Below, piece after piece: positions 27,023 to 40,550 of a stretch of 64,000 nucleotides of DNA. Under the pieces are notes generated by a model that saw only the letters and a program-made list of their open reading frames with translations, did not search any database and was not told where the DNA came from. Numbering within the stretch: position 1 is the first letter of the stretch; every line of letters starts with the position of its first letter. The position numbers and the translations under genes were made by a program. Source of the stretch: Eledone cirrhosa (lineage: Eukaryota); assembly GCA_964016885.1 (NCBI GenBank), contig OZ024748.1:59644001-59708000 (forward strand), in the 5' to 3' direction.

Positions 27023-27599
27023 GTAAGGAAATTTCTCACCATTACTTCTTAAGCCACCCTGCATTTATATTTATGATAAACATTTTTAAATGTTTATACT
27101 TATAATAAATTCTTCCGTGATTTTATTTAAGAGATTTTTGTTAACCCTTTATAATGAAACACACTAGCTATGATTTTCAATTAAATTTGAAAATAAAGAA
27201 TTTTTGAGAGATTTAGTAGAGTAAAATAACATTAAAAATTTTTTTTTACCTGGTATTTGAAACAACAAACAAAATCTTTAAATTATAAATGAAAGTAGTA
27301 TAATTAATACAAACCATAATAACCTTATGCAATGCGTGTATTTCAGACACGTAGGCCAGTTAAGGAAGAACACATTGATTATGTTATGAACTGTTTCTGC
27401 TTCACATTTGATAAAAGGGTCATAACCCTGAAATATACTGGGTAAAATATTACTTTGTTTTATTTGTCATCTTTGCCCTTTATATATTTCTACCACATTG
27501 TACCAGCTTTTTGAAACTTATCAGCCTTTTATGAATGAAAGATTAAAAAATTAAATATGTTTTGTTTTAAATTTGCTTTAAATTTTGTTTTTTTTCCAG

Positions 27600-27788
27600 G
27601 TCCTTGGAAAGTCTGTAAAACCGATTCCAGTCATGATCCTTGGTGTGCTCCTGGCTAGGAAACGGTATCCTGCTGCCAAGTACCTATGTGTGTTACTCAT
27701 CGTCACAGGAGTTGCCTTGTTTCTCTACAAAGATAACAAAGCTAAAGACACAAAGCCCCATACATTTGGAATGGGTGAGATTCTACTT
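27600..27788 (+). CDS. SLC35B1: SLC35B1 exon 4
   Basis: tccAG|[44 protein letters not shown]...FGMGEILL|GTAAGT. Confidence 0.96.
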
Positions 27789-28989
27789 GTAAGTATCCAG
27801 TAGATAGTATATTCTATTATTGTGCTAAATGTATCTATGGTACCGTAACTCCCGAGAGAGTTGTAGGGGTGCCGTATTGACATACAGCATTTCTTGGGCA
27901 AATTAAAAAAACCTGGTGGAGCTCATCTCATCTCCAGGTCTGAATACAGCAGATTTCTTTCAGAGAAGGATAGAGAGTGTGAGAAAATGGAAGTGAGAAA
28001 GAGATATAGAGGAAGAATCGACCCCAGTACTTGACTGGTACTTTTTTATTGACCTTGAATGGATGAAAGACAAAGTTGACCTCTGGAATTTGAATTCAGA
28101 GCGTCGGACTGAATATGGCACAGTATTCTATGTGACGTTCGGCGACTCTTCCTGCTGTGTGATGCAAAAAAAAGGGGGTATAATGAGGGAAAAAATAGTG
28201 GGGTGGGTGGGTAGAAGATCTGTACCCTGAATAAGTCACCAAAACAAGGGACGACACTGGAGCCTCCCTCTAATAATTGTTGAGGCATTGCTTCCTGTTG
28301 GTCATAGTGAGGCTGAAGTGCTGGAATAACCAAGTACCCTTGTATGTATTATCTGATACCTTCGTATGGGACGCCACCAATGATAAGAACTTTGTTGTTA
28401 GTAACCCAGGGGGATATGCCTATCGGAAGTTCAAACCCTAGGCTGTGACATTCATATTACATTTTATTTTAAAAATATCTTTTTTCAGTTAGACTATTCA
28501 AATTTTGTTTGTGAAGGAAAAGGAGATAGTTAACCCCTATGTTACCAAACTGACCCTGTAACTGTGACCCATGGCTGTTTATGTTGTGTTTACCATATAC
28601 ACTTGAATATAAGCTGAGGGGTATGTGACCCCCCAAAAAAATCAATGGTGGAAGTGGGGTCAGCAATATATTCGAGGTTAATATTTTGGCGATTTTCCCC
28701 AACTTCAAATTTTATGTAAATAAGGTTTGGATTTTTGTCCATTTCTCAGACATAAAATAGAGGGGCCGCCTTATATATTTATTAGCCCAGTAGGCAGACA
28801 ATTGCTCTAGTAAGGAGTGGATTAGTCCAGGAGGTAGTGGATTAGCCCAATAGGCAGTGGATTAGATTAATAGGCATGATTTTAATGTAAGAACATTTAG
28901 GTTGTATTACCAAATCTGTCCAAATTCTTGATTATTTGAAAATTGTTGGTAGTGTTCTTTATTTTTATTAGAAATATGAAGTTAACAAA

Positions 28990-29610
28990 CTGGTATTGTA
29001 TCATAGATGTATAGAGAGGATTGGGTTATAGAACTGGCAGTGTATTACAGGTATATAGTGAGGTATGGGTTATAGAACTGGTATTGTATTACAGATATAT
29101 AGTGAGGTATGGGTTATAGAACTGGTATTGTATTACAGGTATATAGTAAGGTATGGGTTAAGAACTGGTATTGTATTACAGGTATATAGTGAGGTATGGG
29201 TTATAGAACTGGTATTGTATTACAGGTATATAGTGAGGTATGGGTTATAGAATTGGTATTGTATTACAGGTATATAGTGAGGTATGGGTTATAGAACTGG
29301 CAGTGTATTACAGGTATATAGTGAGGTATGGGTTATAGAACTGGTATTGTATTACAGATATATAGTGAGGTATGGGTTATAGAACTGGTATTGTATTACA
29401 GGTATATAGTAAGGTATGGGTTAAGAACTGGTATTGTATTACAGGTATATAGTGAGGTATGGGTTATAGAACTGGTATTGTATTACAGGTATATAGTGAG
29501 GTATGGGTTATAGAATTGGTATTGTATTACAGGTATATAGTGAGGTATGGGTTATAGAACTGGCAGTGCATTATAGGTATATAGTGAGGTATGGGTTATA
29601 GAACTGGCAG
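28990..29610. repeat. 44-bp minisatellite with a 263-bp higher-order duplication
   Basis: Unit tagaactggtattgtattacaggtatatagtgaggtatgggtta. Identical ORFs at 29065 and 29328 mark the higher-order repeat. Confidence 0.93.
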
Positions 29611-29936
29611 AGAATTATATATAGAGAATTCAATTTCTTAAAATTATCTCCCTTAATCCACTATCTACCAGGCTAATTCACTTGTTACCGGTCTAATTCT
29701 ACTCCCTTCCTGCTGGTCTTATTCCACTCTCTCCCTGTTTGTTTTATTCCACTCCCTTCCTGCCTGTCAAATTCCACTCTCCTTACCAGTTTAAGTCCAC
29801 CTCTCTGCTTGAATTCTTCTCCCTATCATCTAATTCTGCTCTTTTTTCCACATCCCTCCTTCATGGTCTAATTCCCAGCTCCCTACTCCAAAAATCTAAA
29901 CTAATCTCATGAAAGACCATTTTATTTCTTCTGCAG

Positions 29937-30063
29937 CTACTTTCTCTGACCATGGATGGCCTGACAGGAGCCATTCAAGACAAGATGCGTGCTAAAACAC
30001 AGACCAATGCATATAACATGATGTTTTATATGAATGCTTTCTCCGTTCTCTGGCTCTTTATTG
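29937..30063 (+). CDS. SLC35B1: SLC35B1 exon 5
   Basis: tgcAG|LLSLTMDGLTGAIQDKMRAKTQTNAYNMMFYMNAFSVLWLFI(G)|GTGAGT. Confidence 0.95.
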
Positions 30064-30742
30064 GTGAGTCATTTCATCTTGAAAAATACTATTTATATTG
30101 TTGTACGAAAAGCACCCAGTCCACACTGTAAAGTGGTCGTGTAGGTGTCACGACAAAAAGTACTCAGCCTGCACTGTAAAATGGTTGTGTACGTGCCACA
30201 ATAAAAAGCACCCAGCCCACACTGTAAAGTGGTTGTGTAGGTGTACACATCAAAAAGCACCCAGCCCACACTGTAAAGTGGTCGTGTAGGTGTCATGACA
30301 AAAAGTGCCCAGTATTCACTGTACATGTGGTTGGCATTAGGAAGGGCATCCAGCCATAGAAACCAAGCCAGAATCACATCTGATCTGACTTGTCTCACAA
30401 TGGAACAACTTGTCTAACCCATGCTAGCATGGAAAAATGGACATTAAAGAGTGATGATGACGATACTCTTGTATAAGGCTCAACTTCTCCCTTGAAAATA
30501 TGATTTGAAAACCCAGTATGTGAATTATATACTAGAACTACAAAACCCCACTTAAAATATATGGTACATTATAAATGCTGTATGTAAAATGAAGTTATCT
30601 ACCTAAAACTTCGAAGTCACTGCAACTTTTCTGCTTAGAAAATGAAATTTAGACTCTAGCCATAAGTATTAAATGTTCATTCAGTTTCGATCTGCTCATC
30701 AAATGCGTAGATTGGAATCAAAACATTTCTACTTCTCGTGTG

Positions 30743-30794
<52 letters not shown>

Positions 30795-31229
30795 GAGAGA
30801 GAGAGAGAAAGTTTGTGCTCAACAGTTAAGCTGCTCACACAGACACTTGAGTACTTAACTGAACATGGTCTTACTAGCCTAAACTGGTAACTCTCAATTT
30901 AGTATATATATATATGTTCTTGATGACCCTGTGATAAATAGACAAAACTCCAGGGTAGCAAGATTCACTTTTCAGCTGTAATATATACACATACATATAT
31001 TCTTATGTATGCATGTGTATGAGCTTTAAAAAAAATGACATGAAAAGAAAAACCATTGCATGTGTGACTTGATGGATACATATAAAACCTCAATTTGATG
31101 CCTTTTTGTGGCAGAATTCTACGGCTTGCTGGGTGTCCTGCCCTCTATGCCACCAACTGTTGTAGATGTAAAAATCAAGATCTTAATACTTAACTTTGTA
31201 AGTTAATAATTTTCATGTTTATTTTTCAG

Positions 31230-31336
31230 GATTAGTCTTCACAGGTGAAGGCATTGACTTTGCTCTGTTTACTTACCGTCACCCCACAGTTCTGTTTGGA
31301 ATATTGGCTTTTGGTGTTGCCAGTGCTTTAGGACAG
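31230..31336 (+). CDS. SLC35B1: SLC35B1 exon 6
   Basis: ttcAG|(G)LVFTGEGIDFALFTYRHPTVLFGILAFGVASALGQ|GTAAGA. Confidence 0.95.
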
Positions 31337-32479
31337 GTAAGATTTGGGCTCTTTTGCCTTCCATTCTTCAACAAAAGATTTCTTATAGGTTTTAGTACAG
31401 GGTTTCCCAGCCTGGGAGTTCGTCAGCTAAGTTCAAAATTTGAAATACTTAGTACACCCTGTAAAGTGCTTGGTGATAGTAGGAAGGGCATCCAACTGTA
31501 TAAAACCTCCCGAACAAAGGGCTGAGAGGATTCTTCAGTCGTTTCAAAGACATGACAACCTTCCTAGTGCTGGTGCCACATTAAAACACCTTTGCTAGCT
31601 GCGAAAACATATAAAATGAGGTTGATGTTGATAAAATATATTTACATGCTATTGGTATCCATTCTTCTCTAAATATTTCTCTCTTTCGACTCTTAATCAA
31701 AATAGTTACCTTGCATCTTAGGAACTCAAGCCGCTGGAATTAAGACACTTACATGTACATAGACATATCAATGTGTCACTATCTTGGAGTGTATAATTAC
31801 AAAAGTGCTCAATAAGTTAAAGCTACGACAATAATCATCATCATCATTACATCTACTTTTCCATGCTTGCTTGGGTTGGACGGGTCCTTCTCAGCACGGC
31901 ATCTCTCCACACATCGCAATTTAAAATACTTTAAATTAAAAAAAAAGATTAATTAATTTAACAAAATTTCTGATCACTTTCAAAATTAAATGAAATATAT
32001 TGCCAATCATTATTATCATCATCATCATTTAATGTCCCCTTTCTCTGCTAGCAAGGGTTGGATGGGTTTACATAGACCAAGTCAGTACTGAAGCGGGACC
32101 ACCTACATCCCAGACAAGACGGAGGTCTGAATCCCGCTCCAAGTGCAGAGGTAAAGTTGTGTGTTTTGACACAAACTGAAAGATCCCCCTAACCCCATTG
32201 TCCTTATGTTTCAATTAATTTTGGAAATAGAACTTTTGTTATGAAGGAACACTTCATATGAGGGTCAGCTAAAAAGTTCATTGGCTGACCAAGATACTCT
32301 CATAGAATGAGCAAATGAGGTTTATTTTTCAGCATAGTCCCTGGAAAGAAACAATGCAGTTATTAACCCTTTAGCATTTACATTAATCTGTCAAATGTCA
32401 TGTTTATCTATTCACATTATTTTGAGTTAATCATAATCTAAACCCATGCTAGCGTGGAAGATAGACGATGATGATGATG

Positions 32480-33020
32480 ATACTCAAGAGCTGGTGCAGT
32501 AATGTGTCAGCTTCAGCATTCGGTAATCAGAAGGGATGTAGGTGTAAAAGCCAAACTTGCTATCTTCAATTCGGTATTTATGCCAACCTTTACATGAGGT
32601 CATGAATCTTGGGTAATGACCAAAAGAATATGCTCACGAATACATGTGGCTGAAATGGGGTTCCTCCAAGGGGTCTTTGGAGTTACATTACTCATTAGAG
32701 TGTGTAGCTCAGAGAGTCACTCCAGGTAGAGCCACTACTTCTCTGAGTTGAGGGATCACAGTTCCAAAACTATGGCCGTGTCGTTAGAATGTCTCAGGAA
32801 AGAATCACTGGACAGATTTTACAGACAAAACCAATCAGCAGGAGACACCAAGGTAGACCCCCGAGCAAGAGAGTTGGATAATATCCATGAGCTTGGCTGG
32901 TCTAGCTTGGAGATCCAGCCAGATCAATTGGAGATGGTTGCTTCTGACAAGACCTGCTGGAAGGAGTGTTTCAGGACTCTGCCCCCATGTCCTTTTCAGG
33001 AAGAAGTGGGCGAAGAAGAA
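32480..33020 (+). mobile_element. Degenerate RTE-clade LINE 3' fragment
   Basis: AKLAIFNSVFMPTFT*GHESWVMT...VAEMGFL, a decayed RT C-terminal region. Relatives at 4860-4990 (-) and 53690-53965 (+). Confidence 0.7.
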
Positions 33021-33144
33021 CAACTTTTGTTATGAAGGAACACTTCATATATCATTCACACATAAGCAGTATATTTTTTGTTTGTTTGTTTTATAGTAAT
33101 TTTGTTAATTTTTCTTTTTCTTTTTCTTTTTCTTTTTCTTTCAG

Positions 33145-33345
33145 ACCTTCATTTTCCTAACAGTTTCCAAATTTGGGCCTCTCACTTGTTCCATTCTAAC
33201 AACAACGCGGAAATTCTTCACAATTTTAGCATCAGTAATCATATTCCAAAACCCATTATCCTTACGGCAGTGGATTGGAACAGCGTTCGTATTTACAGGG
33301 CTCACCCTTGACAACATTTATGGCAAAGAAAGGAAAAAGAAATGA
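33145..33345 (+). CDS. SLC35B1: SLC35B1 exon 7 (last coding exon); ER ATP/ADP exchanger, nucleotide-sugar transporter family
   Basis: ttcAG|[66 protein letters not shown]. The seven exons sum to 948 nt (315 aa plus stop), and all phases are consistent. Confidence 0.95.
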   Translation, partial: TFIFLTVSKFGPLTCSILTTTRKFFTILASVIIFQNPLSLRQWIGTAFVFTGLTLDNIYGKERKKK

Positions 33346-34879
33346 ACAGAAGAAAAACAAATCACAAAAAACAAACAAACAAACAAACATGTCGACCCAT
33401 TCTTTTTATGATCTCCTTTCAACATCCAGATTTGATTGGATGATGAAGATGAACACTGTTCATTGGTTGCTGTAAAAATCACATGACTGCTGGATTCACC
33501 AATGACGTCCTCCTCTATAATGGCATGTAAATGACATGACAGAAGCTGCCTCCAGCGTAATTTGCAAGGTTGCTGGTTCAATTTGACTGGAGGGAGGGTT
33601 TTTTTTTAAAGATTTTTATTATTTCTTAATTCTTATGTTAAATTTTATTTATTTTTATGGATATAGTTGCTAAAACTCACCTCAGTATATTACTGGTATT
33701 TATTTGTATGTGCAGGTGAAATGAAAAGTTAACTAGAATTTGCACTCAGAATATTAAACCCATTTGATACCCACCTGCTCAAAAACACCTCTGATCCTAT
33801 GAAAGAACCCCCACTTCCACATTTTACATTAAAACCTTTCAACATAAGTTTGTATAAGGACATGTTTTTTAAGTTGTTACAAGCACCTTAATAATGAAAT
33901 AATCTTAGTAAATCCCTCTAAATTCTTCATTAACCCTTTTGATTCCAAACTGCCTGAAACTGCCTCCACGCGAAGTCATTATCTCGAATCCAAGGCTATA
34001 TCGCCATGTACATATTTTTTGGTCTTTCTACAATAAACAAAAATCAGTTTGTTAACGGAGAGCTTGCCTGGTTTTGTCCATTCTCGTCATCTCAGTTTCT
34101 TAAACTTTGTAGCCATTTGCATAAGCTGAATTATGTACTTGTGCATATTACTAACCAAGGCAGGAATCAAACCCACAACATTATGATCTTAAGTCTAACA
34201 TTTTTACCATTATTGTGTTCACAGGTAATGTTTTAAGGTTTGTGTTTATGTGTTTAGTCTTTCTTCGATGTAGTCTTCTCCAAATTGTTAACCACATGAG
34301 CGTGTTAAATTCTTTGTCCACATTCTATGATGGCATCCTTAGGCCTGTTTGTTTTGTAAAGAAATATTCTTGCTTTCAGTGCCTCTGTGTCTCATGGAAC
34401 TATGTCTATATCATCATCGCTGTTTTTTGTCCGTTCTTCCACGCTAGCATGGGTTAGACGGGTTCTATTGTGGGCAGTGTCCGGTCGGCTGACCTTGTCT
34501 TGTTCATACGGGAACTGATTCTGGCTTGATTTCTACAGCTGGATGCCCTTCCTAACACCAACCTCATCTGCAGTGATTGCTGGGTGCTTTTTTTCCATGG
34601 CACCTACACGTCCTCTTTACAGTGTGGGCTGGGTGCTTTTTTTGCAGTGGAATGATAGGGACCCCAGTCCTATCATCTCATTTCTACAGCTGAGTAAACT
34701 GGAGCAATGTGAAATAAAGTGTCTTGCTCAAGGAAAGAACACATCACCCGGTCCGAGAATTGAATTCACAACCTTTCAATTGCAAGCCCAATGCTCTAAC
34801 CACTAAGCAATGCGCCTTCACAGTTTTTCAGATGAAAAGAATCTCTCTCTCTCTCTCTCTCTATATATAAAACTGCCAC

Positions 34880-36430
34880 TTCTTTACCGAAGGCGGCCAT
34901 CTCTTCAACAAATTCCAAGCTATTATGAAGTATAGCCAACTGCTTGCTAGTTTGTTGGCTGATCAGACTTTGTTTAGGTCACCTTTACTAGATCCCTTCC
35001 TATGTGGTATAGGTGAGCAGAGTGTCTCCAAAAGGTGCTGCTCAGACGTTCAAGACTCCACTGAAACATGTTGCTATTCAGGGTAACAGTGCAGCGACAT
35101 TCAGCTCTTGGGACATGGCACATTGTGGTATTCCCTGGACTCTTGTTAAGTTATTCAGACTAACATTAGTTGTCAGCAGTGTTACGGTCTTCATATCATG
35201 CCAAGCTGGTTACCTCCAAGTTTCCCTTTTGTTTGTGAATCAAGTCACCTTGTTTTTTTCAATTTGGCTGTGGTGATAGATTTTGTTATGCCTTTTCTAT
35301 GTTTGCGCACTGTGACACAAACATAAACCCCATTCTGCAAAAGTTCCTCAAACAGTTTTTCAGACGAAAAGACATTATCACAATACACATGGTGGTTTTG
35401 TTCCTGTATGTATCTTATGAGGTCCTTCACAACTCTTTCTCCAAGTCTTTATTTGGGTTGATTTGAAACTTTCCCACTATAAACTTGGAAGAAGTCATTC
35501 ACATAACCATTGTGGGGATCAGCCTACATCCACACTTTTATCCCACTATTTGTAGGCTTCAATGGAATGTATTGTTTGAAGGTCATTTGTTCAGTGAAGA
35601 CAATCTTAGCCATGTCAATGGATGTTTCACAATGTGGATTATACTGTGACTTCAAATTTTGATGTGTCCGTTCAATAAAAGACTGGACAGGGGCAAATCT
35701 GTTGTATTCAGGATGGCCACAGACTGGATTCTGAGTGACATCAGAAATATGGAAATATTGAGTCAGTTTATCTAACCTGTCTCTGGTAATTGTATCTCTG
35801 ATCCCTGTAGACCGAAACAAGTTCTCTTTCAAGAGATACATATCTTGATTTGGTCGTCGCAGCATATAGTTATGGCCTTTTATGTTTCTGAGTTCAAATC
35901 AAGGCCGAGGTTAGCTTTCCCTTTCATCCTTTCGGGGTCAATAGAATAAAGTACCAGTAATACACTGGGGTCGATTTAATCGACTTTCCCTCTACTACGA
36001 AATCAGAAACTATTATTATTTCAAAGGCAATACAGGCTCTCATTGCACTTGTGTTACGCCATATTGAATCAGGCCCTTTAAACTCAGAATATGTGTTGCT
36101 TTCATTTATCATCAAATTGAATAATAGAAAGAAAAAGAAATCTATTTCTTTTTCCTCAGAGTCTTAAGATAATTACTGGCCCTGGATTTCCTTTGAATAT
36201 ATTAACATTAACTTCTGAGAACCTATCCCTCCATTCTAAAGTCGGTTCTTCATCACTGCTGCCATCTCAGTTCCTCTGTAAATTTATCATCGATATATCT
36301 TCATCGGAGTCAGATTCAGACATTAAATCAATATCCGATAAATTGTCTTCAGTTTCCAAATATATTTCATAGATTTTTTTTCTGCTCCAACTACATCAGT
36401 TTCTGTAAAACCGTCCAAAATCTAATTGCG
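34880..36430 (-). pseudogene. Degenerate piggyBac (PGBD-like) transposase interrupted by a SINE
   Basis: ITRDRLDKLTQYFHISD...ETSIDMAKIVF...KQYIPLKPTNSGIKVWM; HHVYCDNVFSSEKLFEELLQNGVYVCVTVRKHRKG. Frameshifted. Confidence 0.85.
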
Positions 36431-36464
36431 TTCACTGATACGAATTTAAAAAATAAAAAAAGAA

Positions 36465-37400
36465 TTCCTTCTTCGAGGGCCCCCCAAAAAAGAATGTTTT
36501 TGATTTATTGCAAGAAGAATAAAGAACAAAACAAAATGTAGCTGTACATGAGAGAATCCCATTCCTACTTTTCAACAAAGTCCCCACCTCTTTCGATAGC
36601 AACATTCCACCTTGAGGGCATCTATCCCAGCTTTCTAAAACCCTGCTGGCTGCCCACAAAGCCAATTCTTGACACCAGTTTTCACTTCCTCATCATCTCT
36701 ATAATGGTGGCCTTTCAAAGCTTCTTTCATGGGGACCAAAGATGTGGTAGTAGTCTGATGGTGCAAAATCAGGTGAGTATGGAGGGTGAAGCAGAGTTGT
36801 CCACCCAAATGAAGTGATTTCCTCCTTTGTCCTGATGTTCCTGTCACGTTATGTTCCTGTCATGTCTGGCTTTGTCATGTTGAAGAACTATTCATCTCCA
36901 AGCCGGGTCTTGTCCAATTCTTGCTTTTAGTATTTTTAGTGTCTCAATATATGCTTCAGAGTTAATTGTTTCTCCTCTTGCAAAGAAATCAATAAGGATC
37001 ACTCTTTGAGTATCCCAAAAGACAGTCGGCATGATATTTCCAGCTGATTTTTGTGTCTAGAGACATTGAGTGGCGCCAATCCATCAACTGCCTTTTAGAC
37101 TCGGGTTCATAATGATGAATCCAAGTTTTATCACCTGTAATCAGCCTTCTAAAGAATGTGTTCTCTCTAACAGAATCCAAGGAGCTCAGTACAGCAGTTA
37201 ACCCTTTCAGTCTTGTACTCAACTGTGAGTTGTCTTCGTACCCAACGGGCACAGAATTTTGAAAACCAAATGAGTCAACAATGCTGTGAGCATTACCATG
37301 GCTTACTCCAAGCTCTAATGCTATGTTGCTAAGATTATTCCTAAAACACTCCCTGATTAGTTTTAACTAAACACAGCTTCCTAATTCAACCAATCACAGA
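36465..37400 (-). pseudogene. Degenerate mariner transposase
   Basis: FFRRLITGDKTWIHHYEPESKRQLMDW; a YSPDFAPSDYH-like segment; MKEALKGHHYRDDEEVKTGVKNWL. Stops and frameshifts present. Confidence 0.88.
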
Positions 37401-37564
37401 ACATTTTACATCAGAAATGACCATACTGTAATACATAAGTACAGGCAGGATTTGACTCTGAATGAATTCTGATATGACACGTATAGACAGGACCAACAGA
37501 ACACAACAGTGTTCTTTAGTCTAGTACTAGTGAAGTACTTATCAGGTAGCTGTATAAATCAGAC

Positions 37565-37878
37565 TAATTTCATTCAATTGGGTATTACTAGCTACTACTT
37601 CTTAACCTTGCTTGTAATACTGAACAAGGACCTTATATTTGCTAAAAAAAACACCAACCTAACCCGTGACGAAGCAGAGATCATAAATGCTGCTAGGGGA
37701 AACCTTGATAAGTTTCGATGGGGACCTCTGGACCAAAAGTGATACAACTCCGACATCACTATGGGTTCCAGCGACTCCACAGAGGTGACACACCTAGTTG
37801 GGTTATACATTCTTAAGCAACTTAAAGATGAAATTCTCAACCTGGGAGGTGGTTTATACAGCGATGATGTCCTCTTCA
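37565..37878 (+). pseudogene. Penelope-like element reverse transcriptase remnant
   Basis: DITMGSSDSTEVTHLVGLYILKQLK...GGLYSDDVL resembles the PLE RT motifs FDxTMGSxDGAEVxxLVGLYIL and GLYRDDGL. Confidence 0.7.
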
Positions 37879-37900
37879 CACACACGCACGCACGCACGTA

Positions 37901-37932
<32 letters not shown>

Positions 37933-38072
37933 CCATAGCACTACTGTGCTAGAGAGAATGGAGAAACATGGATTTTAAAATAGAGATAGACCCTAATAGG
38001 AAAATAGCTGCTTAAATATGAAATGCTAACATATGTTAATGGTAAGTTCATTTATCTGAGAGTAGTTAAGAG

Positions 38073-38639
38073 CAGCTGTCACCAACATTTGTTCCTCATG
38101 GACCACTAAATTCAAAATTTTAAATCCTGCAGACCATTAATATGAATGTTTTTAAAATGATAAATACATTTGTAAAATAATGACCAGGGAACTTCCATTT
38201 TATTAAACAATACTGAAGTGTACCTGTGTCATATCGTTGATAGATGATACACATGTGTAAAATTCTTTCATGGCTGTTACTTCTTTACTGAGAAGAAACA
38301 TTTTAAGGGTTGTTAGAAAATATATTTTAACCAAATATTTTTGCATTATTATTTATAAAACATGGCGGTGAATTGGCAGTATCGGTAGAGGGTTGGACGC
38401 CATGCTTTCTAGCATAGTTGTCCTTTACGGTCTGAGTTCAAATTCCGCCGAGGTTAACTTTGCCTTTCATCCTTATGGGGTTGATAAAATAAAGTACCAG
38501 TAATGCACTGGATAATTGCTGGCCTTGTACCAATAGTAGAAACAATTATTATTTATAAAACATAAAAACTGCGAATAATCTTCACATTTTTTTGTGGCCC
38601 ACCAAAATTTTCTCGCGGAACACTGGTTAACAACTGCTG
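38073..38639. mobile_element. hAT-type MITE with nested SINE (38364-38550)
   Basis: cagctgtcaccaac...gttaacaactgctg, flanked by gttaagag / tttaagag (8-bp TSD, one mismatch). Confidence 0.6.
38364..38550 (+). mobile_element. SINE family 2, near full length
   Basis: tRNA-like head (tggcagtatcgg A-box-like, gagttcaaattcc B-box) followed by a gcctttcatcctt..ggggttgataaaataaagtaccag core. Confidence 0.8.
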
Positions 38640-40250
38640 TTTAAGAGTGTCTCAGATAGAATCTTCAACTTTTCTCTGTTAACCATATCTTCAATAAAGC
38701 GGAGTGTTATAATGTAGCTTTAGCTAAGGTGGCCCATGGCCAGACGGTAATGGTACCAAATAAGTGGAATGGGAGGAGCCGAGCAAATATTAGGAGGTGG
38801 GACTGGTGGGTGATGCAGGTACTCACAGTAAACCTCAGGATTTAAGAATAAAATAGAAATAGGTTTTAACATTAACACACACACACACATACATACATAC
38901 ATACATGAATTAGCAGAGTGGTTAAGGCAAAGAATACTTTGCAGTATTTATTCCTGCACTCAGAGTTCAAATCCTGGCACAGTCAAATTTACCTTTCATC
39001 TTCTCAGAGTGGACAATTACAGTACCAGTCAAACACTGGGGGTTTATGCTTCTGAAAGATGGATGGGCCCCCACTAAGTGCTGTTGTTTGATACTTCTGA
39101 TATCTCTCTCATTTTTCCTCTATCTCTCTTGCCCTCTTTCACTGGATTTAATAGGATATGTTCACACATGAAGATGGATGGGCTCCCACCAGGCATAAAT
39201 GACATTACTGTGCCCCTGTAACTTCAGAAGTTTAGGGCTCATAGGTGGATGGATGTGTGTGTATATATATATATATATCAATGTTTTTGTAAGCCACACA
39301 CACACACGATAGTTTGTTTGAAGCATTGTGGAGTATGAAATACAAATGTTTGTTTATTTGTAAGTACGACAATGTGTGTTTGGTAAAAATGCCAAGGTAA
39401 TAAGAGAGAAGAAAAAAAAAAGTAAAGTAAAATGTGTGTGTATATATATATCATCATCATCGTTTAACGTCTATCTTCCAGGCTAGCATGGGTTTAGATG
39501 GGCTATATATATATATATGCAGGCTGTCCCCCAAAATGTACACACTTATTAAAATGCTGTTGAAGTCTGTATACATTTTCTTGGGAGACCCTGTATATAT
39601 ATATATATAAATATCCAAGGGTTTAGAGGACTCAATCCATAGGATGAGTTAAGTATAATTAGTTACAACAGTGACATATACAGATAGTTAAGTTTCGTTT
39701 GTTTACTCCAACCCATTCAACCTGTCATAAAAAGAAAAAAATGCTTCTCATTTCTAAAATCTCCATGGTGGGAAGACATTTTTCTTTTTATGACAGGTTG
39801 AATAAGTTGAGGGTAAAAACCCAACGACACTTGACTATCTGTACATGTCACTGTTGTAACTAAATTATATATAATAGTAATGTTCGTAACCTGTAAAATA
39901 TACACTAGTATATATGCGTATGTATATATGTATGTATATATATATATATATATGCATATATATATATATGCATATATACATATATATATATGCATATATA
40001 CATATATATATATGCATATATATATATATGCATATATATATATGCATATATATATATATACATATATATATATGCATATATATATATATGCATATATACA
40101 TATATATATATATATGCATATATACATATATATATATATGCATATATACATATATATATATGCATATATATAACGAAGGAAATGTGGTAAGGAACCAGGT
40201 GGACCATAACGCACCAAAGTACTCAATACTTGAGGTAGTAGAGTGGGTAA

Positions 40251-40358
40251 TAGGAACCAGTAAGACCCCGACAGCTGAGCTCAAGCCGTTTCGACGGCTA
40301 ATTCTGAATTAGCCGTCGAAACGGCTTGAGCTCAGCTGTCGGGGTCTTACTGGTTCCT
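40251..40358. repeat. Near-perfect ~108-bp palindrome
   Basis: taggaaccagtaagaccccgacagctgagctcaagccgtttcgacggctaattc-t-gaattagccgtcgaaacggcttgagctcagctgtcggggtcttactggttccta. Confidence 0.92.
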
Positions 40359-40516
40359 ATATGCATATATATATATATATATATGCATATATACATATAT
40401 ATATATGCATATATACATATATATATATGCATATATATATATATATATGTGCATATATATATATATGCATATATACATATATATATGCATATATACATAT
40501 ATATATATACATATGC

Positions 40517-40547
<31 letters not shown>

Positions 40548-40550
40548 TAT

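Noticed and set aside
27405-27442. ttgataa-aagggtcataaccct-gaaa hammerhead-like remnant
   Set aside because: The core is mutated and stems I and III are unsupported; at most a fossil.
39730-39890. GIY-YIG-like peptide remnant on the minus strand
   Set aside because: Similarity is weak and overlaps a fold-back repeat; it cannot be supported without a profile search.
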